A DNA stretch of 32,000 nucleotides from Marinobacterium iners (GTDB lineage Bacteria; Pseudomonadota; Gammaproteobacteria; Pseudomonadales; Balneatricaceae). The stretch spans positions 806,774 to 838,773 of the forward strand of contig NZ_CP022297.1 in NCBI RefSeq assembly GCF_017310015.1, read 5' to 3'. Both the position numbers and the translations under genes were made by a program. Under the pieces are notes generated by a model. The model was given only the letters and a program-made list of their open reading frames with translations, did no database searches and was not told the DNA's origin. Of the stretch, positions 8,603 to 15,857 are shown piece after piece. Every line of letters starts with the position of its first letter. Within the stretch, counting starts at the first letter, position 1.

Positions 8603-8785
8603 TGCGCACCTGAATGCGTACCAATTTTGTGCGCACTTCCCTGCGTACCTTGGTGCGTACCTTGCCCGGTTGGTTTGCACTCTACTGCGAACCTGAAGCC
8701 GCGAACCTCAATGCGAACCTTGCTCGCTGTGCCGGTCGGTACGAACTCCAATTCGTACCAAACTTGTTCGAACCTCTGTTCGTAC
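8603..8785. repeat. Iteron-like phased array of about 13 octamers, T(G/T)CGNAC(C)
   Basis: Copies start at 8603, 8615, 8630, 8642, 8654, (8675 degenerate), 8686, 8700, 8712, (8739), 8752, 8767 and 8779. Spacing is mostly 11-15 bp. The core drifts along the array from GCGCAC/GCGTAC to GCGAAC to TCGTAC/TCGAAC. Confidence 0.8.
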
Positions 8786-8947
8786 TTTCAGCCCTTATCG
8801 TTTTCGCTGGGGCCACAACCTTTCGATAGCTGGCGCTGATCTGTACTCGACCAGCCTTCGGATTGTTCATCCTCCATTGGAGGTTAGGGTCAGCAGGGTG
8901 GACGTTTTGTCCACCCCTCGATCATGGTTGGAGTCGGTCAAGCTGTC

Positions 8948-9066
8948 GGTGGGGTGTCACGTTTCGTTACCCCCTTCGAGGTCTGGTGTCGTGCTTTGCG
9001 ACTCCAGCCTGAATCTACCCAATATCGGGATCGTTCGATGGGGTATCGCATTTCGCTACCCCCTTC
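8948..9066. repeat. Pair of ~30-bp direct repeats, TGGGGT-TC-C-TTTCG-TACCCCCTTCG
   Basis: 8948-8977 (tggggtgtcacgtttcgttacccccttcg) and 9037-9066 (tggggtatcgcatttcgctacccccttcg) lie 89 bp apart. A degenerate third copy sits near 9105-9125. Confidence 0.7.
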
Positions 9067-9726
9067 GTTGCCTGATCCAGCGCCAGCAGGTCGATAGCGG
9101 GATTCCGCTACCGGGGCAGCCATTACGGGGCGGGCAACAGCTCCGGCGGTCAACGGTGCGCCAGTGGGTACGATTCAGCGCCAGCGAATTACAGGTTGAT
9201 AGCTAATAACAATGACGATTCTTGCAACCTGATTTCAGGCATGGTTTTTGATATACCCTGTTCGCCTCGCTATACGGTTGCATTGCCCTGCAACAATCAA
9301 GTAATAAGCAAAAGCCGTGCCCATGATATTTTTCTATCAATGTGCCGGTCGCCTGCAACGCTCAGTATTGTTCATGGCAGGTATGGCTGTGGTGATTGGT
9401 GCGAGCCTTTCATTCTGGCCCTGTGCGGTGCGTTCGTCTTTGATCCATGCGCCAGCATACCCGCAACAGAACGGCGCTCTGGTCGCTTCCTGATACCGCT
9501 CCCCATTGGTGGTTAGGCATTTGGTAACTCCCTGCGGCGTAGGAGGTTAATCGGCTGCTGAATGATGGCCTGATTAACTTCCCCCATTGGGGGGAGTTGG
9601 TATGCGCAAGCATCTACGCTCCCGAAATATCGGTAACGTCCTCAATCTGAGGAAGTTGGTTCCGGGCTTTTACCCCATTGGGGGGGAAAGGCACTGCTGA
9701 ATAATCAGCAGTCGAGATCGGCAGCA

Positions 9727-9815
9727 GGTGTGTTGCTGGTGTGTTAGAAGGTGTGTTGCAGTATCGCTCAATGCGGAATGGCTACAGGCTTCCGGCATGT
9801 TGATTGGTGTGTTGG
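9727..9815. repeat. Four copies of GGTGTGTT(G/A)(C/G), three of them at 11-12-bp spacing
   Basis: ggtgtgttgc at 9727, ggtgtgttag at 9738, ggtgtgttgc at 9750 and ggtgtgttgg at 9806. Confidence 0.7.
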
Positions 9816-9961
9816 CTGAAGTGTTACCGGAATCCCGGCATCGGTAACTCTGGAAGCTGGCGCAATATCGGCGCTGGCTCCGGGTATCCCCAAATCTGGG
9901 GAAGCCCATTCGGATTTCAAATCTTTGTGGGATCACTCATGAAAACTCAGGAACGTGGCTC

Positions 9962-10255
9962 ACCCGAAAAACCGGGTCAGTCATTCACCTGAAAAATCAG
10001 GTCAATGGATCACTACCCTTTTTGTGTAGTGATCTGCTGCGGCGCTGTTCAAAAGTAACGATTCGTTACCTTTGCGCCCAAAACTACTGTTTCGGTAGTT
10101 TTGCCTGAGTGGTAACGGTGGCGGCGTTACCTGATCGTTACCGGCTGATCCGCTGGTTGATCGGCAGGTGAAAGTTCCGGATTCACGGAACAAAGGTTCC
10201 GGCTACGCGGAACTATCCGGCAGCGCCAGCAGGTTTGTGACACGGTGTCTCAAAC
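9962..10255. promoter_or_regulatory. Dense cluster of distinct small palindromes/hairpins immediately upstream of the ADP-ribosylglycohydrolase gene
   Basis: The elements, in order:
- ACCCG-AAAAAC-CGGGT (9962-9977).
- ACCTGA-AAAA-TCAGGT (9987-10002).
- GATCACTAC-N9-GTAGTGATC (10008-10034).
- GTAACG-ATT-CGTTAC (10055-10069).
- AAACTAC-N7-GTAGTTT (10081-10101).
- GGTAACG-N7-CGTTACC (10111-10131).
- GTTCCG-N6-CGGAAC twice (10174-10191 and 10196-10213).
- GTTTGTGACAC/GTGTCTCAAAC (10233-10255). Confidence 0.6.
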
Positions 10256-10307
10256 TACCGGGATGCCGGTATTATGAAGGCAACATCAAGGGTTAGAGGT
10301 TCTGATT

Positions 10308-11246
10308 ATGTTCAGCAGGGATAGAGCAATGGGCGCACTGGTTGGGTTAGCGGTTGGTGACGCTCTGGGCGCACCGGTGGAGTTCTGCCAAAGGGGGCGT
10401 TTTACTCCGGTCACTACCATGGCAGCAGGTGGCAAGTTCAAGATGAGCCTGGGTGAATGGACCGATGATACCGCCATGGCTCTGTGTTTGGCTGATAGCC
10501 TGATTGAATGCCGTGGCTTTGATGCTCGAGACCAGATGGAACGGTATTGGCGCTGGGGTAACGAAGGCTACAACTCGACCCGTGAAAGAGCCTTTGGCGT
10601 TGGCAAGACGGTGGCCAAGGCCATGAGCCGATACCGGCGTACCGGTGATCCTTTTGCGGGCTCTGATGATCCTTTGTCGGCAGGGAATGGATCCATCATG
10701 CGTCTGGCTCCGGTCGTTCTGTACTACCTTTCCCGGCCAGATGAGGCAACCCGTTTTGCTGCTGAGTCTTCACGAACAACACACCAGGCAGAGGAGTCGA
10801 TACAAGCCTGTCAGCTGATGGCGCATGTGATGTGTAAGGCGATTCACGGCGCAGAAGAAAAGGCCGAGCTGTTTCAAAACGCTTCCCACTTGGGCTGCTC
10901 TGGGCTGATTACTGGCATTGCAAACCGGTCATACCTCGATAAGCAGGAAGGCCAGATTCAAGGCAGCGGGTATGTTGTGGAGTCCTTGGAGGCGGCACTC
11001 TGGTGCTTTGAAACTACGGACAGTTTCCATGATGCGGTGCTGAAAGCAGTGAACCTGGGGGATGATGCCGATACTACTGGCGCTGTATGCGGGCAGATAG
11101 CTGGCGCTTATTACGGCTTTGACTCAATACCACCAGAGTGGGTTGGCGATCTCATGGAAGGACAGAGAATCATTGAAGCAGCAGAGTCTCTAATCAATCA
11201 GGGAATGGAAGTTATCCAGCCCAGTGACCACAAGGGCAGCATTTGA
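10308..11246 (+). CDS. ADP-ribosylglycohydrolase (ARH/DraG family)
   Basis: 312 aa. Family hallmarks are present: ALVGLAVGDALGAPVEF, WTDDTAMALCLADSL, GNGSIMRLAPV and GDDADTTGAVCGQIAGAYYG. An AGAGG-like RBS precedes the ATG. Confidence 0.9.
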   Translation: MFSRDRAMGALVGLAVGDALGAPVEFCQRGRFTPVTTMAAGGKFKMSLGEWTDDTAMALCLADSLIECRGFDARDQMERYWRWGNEGYNSTRERAFGVGKTVAKAMSRYRRTGDPFAGSDDPLSAGNGSIMRLAPVVLYYLSRPDEATRFAAESSRTTHQAEESIQACQLMAHVMCKAIHGAEEKAELFQNASHLGCSGLITGIANRSYLDKQEGQIQGSGYVVESLEAALWCFETTDSFHDAVLKAVNLGDDADTTGAVCGQIAGAYYGFDSIPPEWVGDLMEGQRIIEAAESLINQGMEVIQPSDHKGSI

Positions 11247-12092
11247 AATGTAACCCCTGGGCTTTTACGCAGTCTGTGGAAAAGGGGAGGCGTCATCCAG
11301 TGTTCGGTGAATGTTCGCCTGGTAATCGGTGAATCAGCGCCAGCAGTGCCGCTCAGTCGCTGTCCTTTCGGGTGTATCGAATCTCCATGTAGCGGTCTGT
11401 TTCCCTGTCGTAGGTATCGAATGCCGGGAGGGTCACCGACTCCGGCTCTGGTGGCTTCTTGTGCGGCTTCAGCTTCGATTTGATCCGGCTCCAGATACCG
11501 GCCTTTGCTGATCTGTCTGTGGCTGTCATAGTGTCCTGATTCCGTTCAGTGGGTGAATGGACAGAATGCGCGAAGGCTGGCGGCAGAGCAATATCGGATT
11601 TTAAATCCAGATGGGGTAAACGGAATGAGCAATCCAACAGATAAGACGCAAGGCAAGCAGCAGGAACGGCAAGGCGGCGTGCGGTGCTTAACGCTCATGC
11701 TTCAGGATGAGGATCAGCAGCCGGTGATGAGGGAGGCCCAGATACAGGGCACCCCTGACCAGCCGCCAGAATCTGAAGCGCCAGCTCGGTAAGCAATGGA
11801 ATCTAGCCATTACCGGCTTGGTCGGATTTGAGATGCGGGTAAGATCAGCAGGTCACTCTAAGCCCTGTGGCGGGCTTTCGTGTATCCGGCAGGGCCAACG
11901 ATGGGGCCAACATTAGGGCCAACTGAAAGTGTTGCTCCTGCTGGTGCTGGTCAAGGAGGCGGTGATTTGCAGCCCCTCTGGAGCTGTTCCTGATTTAGTG
12001 CTGGCTGCGGTGCCTGGGGGTCTGATTCGGGGCACCCTTCAGACCGTTAAGCGGGTTCCATGCTGGAGCTGGTTCCAGATCGGAGCCAGTTG

Positions 12093-12485
12093 CTACAGAT
12101 CAGGCGATGGTGCTCGCTTCAGCTTCGGATCAAGTGCTGTACGCCAGTCGCTGCCTCGCTGCCTGCGCTTCTGTACCGTGCGCCACTTCAAGCCCAGTAG
12201 TCGGGCGAGGATACCGGCAGTCTCTTTGCCCTTCAGGGCGGTCTGTTCACGCCCATTGATCTTGATAACAACCTCAATGTCGAGCTGCTTGTTCCGTGAC
12301 GCCACACACTGATCCGCGTTATCTCGCATTGTGAAGCCGCTCCCGTTCGCTGGATGGTCGGTGGATATTCTATGCGGGGTGAGCTGCGTCAGCCAGTGAT
12401 CCAGCGCCAGCATACCCGGAAGGTTTGGCAGCAGCCGGGTAATGATCTGGTCATACCCAAACATGCTGCCTGTGCTCATCGTCAT
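12093..12485 (-). CDS. Hypothetical protein with a possible C-terminal HTH (island regulatory or accessory protein)
   Basis: 130-aa ORF co-directional with the replication module. The C-terminal segment ETAGILARLLGLKWRTVQKRRQRG looks HTH-like. The start is uncertain and it overlaps a competing plus-strand ORF (11929-12312), which I consider less likely. Confidence 0.45.
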   Translation of the reverse strand: MTMSTGSMFGYDQIITRLLPNLPGMLALDHWLTQLTPHRISTDHPANGSGFTMRDNADQCVASRNKQLDIEVVIKINGREQTALKGKETAGILARLLGLKWRTVQKRRQRGSDWRTALDPKLKRAPSPDL

Positions 12486-12539
12486 TACCTCATACGTTCG
12501 GGGAAGGATAGGGCCACCAGATCGGCAGCCCTGATTGGG

Positions 12540-12941
12540 TTAGTGCAGCCGCGTCCGCAGCCACGTGTTAGCAGCAAACCGTCCTGCATTGTCACGCTGG
12601 TACGATTTCAACTCAGGTGCGCCAGCAGTGGCCAGCCAGTGCGCCCGGTACTCTGTCAGCAACGCCTGCCTTTCATGCTCTGATCGGTACTGAATCAGTC
12701 CATCGATCCAAACCTGATCGTCCCATAGCAGGGGCAGATCAAGATCAGCCGCGCAGTACAGCATCATGCTTGTGTCGTTGGCAGCAGGGATGCCGCGCAG
12801 CTCATCCAGTAGTTGCTGCTTGTGTCGAGATAGCCAGTTGAGTTGATCCGGTGATAGCGGCTCCGGTGCCTGTACCTGCAAGTTATCGCCATCGGCTTGC
12901 AGGATCAGTCCGCGTTGAGCCAGGGTGTCAATCATGCTCAT
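12540..12941 (-). CDS. Hypothetical protein with a TubC-N-like docking motif, typical neighbour of P4-type primase/helicase genes
   Basis: 133 aa. The N-terminus LAQRGLILQADGDNLQVQAPEPLSPDQLNWLSRHKQQLLDEL resembles the short N-terminal domain seen next to satellite and island replication genes. It begins 10 bp after the upstream gene's stop. Confidence 0.55.
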   Translation of the reverse strand: MSMIDTLAQRGLILQADGDNLQVQAPEPLSPDQLNWLSRHKQQLLDELRGIPAANDTSMMLYCAADLDLPLLWDDQVWIDGLIQYRSEHERQALLTEYRAHWLATAGAPELKSYQRDNAGRFAANTWLRTRLH

Positions 12942-12951
12942 CTGCCAGACC

Positions 12952-14523
12952 TCACAGGGTATACTTTGCGGACTGAAGTCCTGAATGTCCTATGTCCTGC
13001 TGTTTTACCTCCTCATGCCAGGACTTAGGACTTGCAGGACTTTGATCCGGTAACTTTACCTTGATACACCAGTGGACAGCCCCGCCTATCTTGCCCATTG
13101 AGTCACACTCAATATCGAGCTGGCGCAGTGCAGGTGCTGATCGGCGCAGCGCATCGCCCAACCCCTTTGCAGACTTCGGCCAGGAATCGCAACGCTCAGG
13201 CCGGTACTGCTCCAGGATGCGCATGATCTCCTTCACCGGGGCGTTGATCTCTTTGCGGTGTTCCAGTGCCTCGATAATCGCGGTGCAGACGGGACTGCTG
13301 TCTATGGTGCGGGATATGCTTTCACGGCGGTTGCCTTTGAACAGATCGAGAAATAGCCTTTCGTCCTGGTGGCTGATCCGAGTGAGTGCCATCCCAAGGG
13401 CGCAATACTCGATCATCCGTGGCCGGTCGGCTGCATCAATCGAGATAGTCGGCAGCAGCGCCAGAGCAGCACTTGCCAGGTCAAACAGTCCACTCAGTAT
13501 GGCCGGAAGGTCGCGCTCGAAATCGGCCCACTGGTCAGCCGAAGCGGTGCGGCTCTTAATCACGGGACACTCAATGCAAACCGTCCGGTCGAGCAAATCC
13601 TGTGCCGTAACCAATGCGCTGATCCCATTCACCAGCCAGGGGCGTTGAACGCTGATAACACTCTCATCTGCATCCGAGTACAGCTTGCGCTTGGCGAACC
13701 CGCCCCCGGTAGACAGCACGCACATGGCATCCTGCATCGGCCCGGTTAGGTGGCTCAGGTTTTCGTATGCAACCAAGTGGTTGACGCCTGCACAAACAAA
13801 CACATCTTCGGTGGCCTTGGGTGCGCCTCGCAGATTGCAGCCGTTCGGGTCGATCAGTCGGCGCAGTGACTCGGACGCAGTGCTTTTGCCTGATCCTTGC
13901 TCACCGATAAGCTCCAGTCCGGGGAAGGGGGTATCCGGTCGCAGTGCATCGATCAGCCAAGCAATCACCAGTGGCCGGTCGGCAGCAGGGATATTACAGA
14001 TACGCCATAACGGGTCGAGCGAGCCGTTTGCAGCAGGGACTGGCAGCGGCTGCATTGCCTCACCACGCACAAACAGGACGCCATGATTCTCAACCACGCG
14101 CCAGCCGGTACTGCTCCACTCAATCGCCCGACTTTTGCCTGGTTCACATAGGTCCAGGTAGTAGCGGCCACCCTGTTTGGCAACTCTCAGGTTAACGGTG
14201 CGCTCCTCACCTTCAAACCGCGCCAGGGCAGCCAAGGTGCCTAACGCTTCAGTCAAGGACTGGGACTTAACGGACTTCTGTTCTTCCTGGTAGAAGCCAG
14301 CGGCCAGCCAGTCCTTGAAGGCGCGGGAGTCAAGGCGGCGCGTTTCCTGAGTGTCCTGATCCAGTGCGTAGCAATCCCGGTTGCAGTCATGGAACAGCAC
14401 AACCCTTGCCTTGGCGTATTCAACCAAGCGGTCAGCCTGGGAGCGGCGATCCTCATCCGGTTTCTGCTGTTCCGGCACCGGCATGGCATCGATCTCTTCC
14501 AGCACATCGAGATAATCACCCAT
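12952..14523 (-). CDS. P-loop NTPase, putative replication helicase/initiator of a P4/PICI-like island
   Basis: 523 aa. Walker A is LIGEQGSGKSTA and a Walker B-like motif is LVAYENLSH. Synteny is int-alpA-ZnF primase-ATPase. The start overlaps the upstream gene by 8 bp (14516-14523). Confidence 0.7.
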   Translation of the reverse strand: MGDYLDVLEEIDAMPVPEQQKPDEDRRSQADRLVEYAKARVVLFHDCNRDCYALDQDTQETRRLDSRAFKDWLAAGFYQEEQKSVKSQSLTEALGTLAALARFEGEERTVNLRVAKQGGRYYLDLCEPGKSRAIEWSSTGWRVVENHGVLFVRGEAMQPLPVPAANGSLDPLWRICNIPAADRPLVIAWLIDALRPDTPFPGLELIGEQGSGKSTASESLRRLIDPNGCNLRGAPKATEDVFVCAGVNHLVAYENLSHLTGPMQDAMCVLSTGGGFAKRKLYSDADESVISVQRPWLVNGISALVTAQDLLDRTVCIECPVIKSRTASADQWADFERDLPAILSGLFDLASAALALLPTISIDAADRPRMIEYCALGMALTRISHQDERLFLDLFKGNRRESISRTIDSSPVCTAIIEALEHRKEINAPVKEIMRILEQYRPERCDSWPKSAKGLGDALRRSAPALRQLDIECDSMGKIGGAVHWCIKVKLPDQSPASPKSWHEEVKQQDIGHSGLQSAKYTL

Positions 14524-14974
14524 TGCGCAGCACCTCCTTGATCTTGGCTACTCGTGCAACTGCCTGCTGATAGTCGGCTTGATCCTTATCGGACAGTGCT
14601 TGTCCGGCCTTTTGAGCGTTCTCCGTCATCAGGATCAGCAGCTTCAGGTGGGACATTGCATCCTCAAGACGGCGGCGCTTCCAGTCGGGCAGTCCGGCAT
14701 AGTGCGGACGGTCGGTGCGCGGGTACAGATCGGCCACCTCAAGGCCAATGGCGGCGCAAATGTCGCTGATCTCACAACCCGCAAAACAGTGCATCAGCAC
14801 ACGGCCATCGGTGGTGTCGAAGCGGACAGACAGACTCGGGCTTTTGTCCTGGTGTGCAGGGCAACAGGCCATGTAACGATCTTTGCCGGTGGGCTTTACC
14901 CTGTCGAGCCGTCCCAGCAGATCGGCGGCGGTCAGCGGGTGACGCTGGTGTGGTTGTTTGAGCGGTGCGGTCAT
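14516..14974 (-). CDS. CHC2-type zinc-finger primase-like protein (zinc-binding domain only)
   Basis: 152 aa. KDRYMACCPAHQDKSPSLSV...HCFAGC matches the CHC2 zinc-finger pattern of DnaG/P4-alpha-type primases. I see no TOPRIM or AEP catalytic domain in this ORF. Confidence 0.7.
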   Translation of the reverse strand: MTAPLKQPHQRHPLTAADLLGRLDRVKPTGKDRYMACCPAHQDKSPSLSVRFDTTDGRVLMHCFAGCEISDICAAIGLEVADLYPRTDRPHYAGLPDWKRRRLEDAMSHLKLLILMTENAQKAGQALSDKDQADYQQAVARVAKIKEVLRNG

Positions 14975-15108
14975 CGGATCAGCCCCCAGTGAATAGCGGT
15001 CACGAAAAGGATGGTCGCGGTTTCGATAGGCCAGCCGGTCAGTGCTATAATGAGCATCTGCTTGACGGCGGCGGCCTGTGTGGTGCGGGTCGCTGCTTCC
15101 TTTCTCAT
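14971..15108 (-). CDS. Possible 45-aa small hydrophobic protein
   Basis: Hand translation gives MRKEAATRTTQAAAVKQMLIIALTGWPIETATILFVTAIHWGLIR. Its TGA (14971-14973) overlaps the downstream ATG in an ATGA junction. It is too short to appear in the ORF track, so it stays speculative. Confidence 0.3.
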   Translation of the reverse strand: MRKEAATRTTQAAAVKQMLIIALTGWPIETATILFVTAIHWGLIR

Positions 15109-15119
15109 ATCACACCCCC

Positions 15120-15347
15120 TCAGGCCACACGGCTGTCAGCAATACGCGCTTCGATCCACGCATAAATCTCGCTTGCCAGCCAACCAACACTGGTGCCATT
15201 GGGGTTCAGTTTGATGGGCTTCGGGAAGCGGTCGAGGGAAATTTCACGATAGATTGTGCTGCGGCCAAGGCCGGTCAGCTCTTCCACCTGACGGCGGCGC
15301 AGAATCTGGAGTTCACGCTGTTGCAGCATTTCGGGGGTTGCGGTCAT
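15120..15347 (-). CDS. alpA: AlpA-family transcriptional regulator / excisionase-like HTH
   Basis: LQILRRRQVEELTGLGRSTIYREISLDRFPKPIKLNPNGTSVGWLASEIYAWIEARI is a classic AlpA/MerR-like phage HTH. I prefer the Met at 15347, although the ORF is open to 15362. Confidence 0.85.
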   Translation of the reverse strand: MTATPEMLQQRELQILRRRQVEELTGLGRSTIYREISLDRFPKPIKLNPNGTSVGWLASEIYAWIEARIADSRVA

Positions 15348-15857
15348 ATTGCGTCTCCTCAACCAAAGCCATCTTGCCCCTCACGTTTGGACGCTATGGG
15401 ACAGCATGAGACCGATATGGCTACAAGCAAAGCTTGACTGAACCACAAGTTCACTGATAACTTTGGCAATGTAAGTTAGGTTACTTAACATCTCTGCCAA
15501 GCAGTTAGCGGCTGCTGTGGGGAGGAAAATCGGCTCTGAAGCGCAAGCTCCAGGGCTTTTCTTCGTCTCCTGCAAAGACTTGTTGGCATTATACATACCG
15601 ATTGGGACTGTTTTTGCTATTTTTTTTGCTGCCCATCGAACCTGTGCTTTAAGAGTGAGGTTTTCTCAACCCAATAGAGGCGTTTGGAGTCGTTTCGCGT
15701 ACTTACGGGTAGTTTTGCGCCCATGGGAATATTAGAAAGTATCAAGCTGGCACCTGCCTCTTAACGCCGCGAGACTGTCACCTGCTCATCAAATCGCGTC
15801 ATCTGAAGTGTTCGTCAGGCTGATCGGCTGCCAAAGCTGGCCCCTCGATTTAAGGGG

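Noticed and set aside
8614-10193. Short ORFs (60-109 aa) listed in the ORF track across the 8300-10300 region.
   Set aside because: Their sequences are compositionally odd (runs of R/S/P/C) and lack RBS support. They overlap on both strands and coincide with the repeat and hairpin structure, so the region is better treated as non-coding.
11353-12312. ORFs 11353-11637(-), 11553-11792(+) and 11929-12312(+) in the stretch between the ARH gene and the island module.
   Set aside because: They overlap one another, have no motifs and lack clear RBS. A ~58-aa product from the Met at 11529 (MTATDRSAKAG...) is possible but unsupported. I left them unannotated rather than guess.
15381-15735. ORFs 15381-15596(-) and 15517-15735(+) in the alpA-int intergenic region.
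   Set aside because: Implausible sequences in a region more likely to hold the divergent regulatory signals of int and alpA. No independent support.
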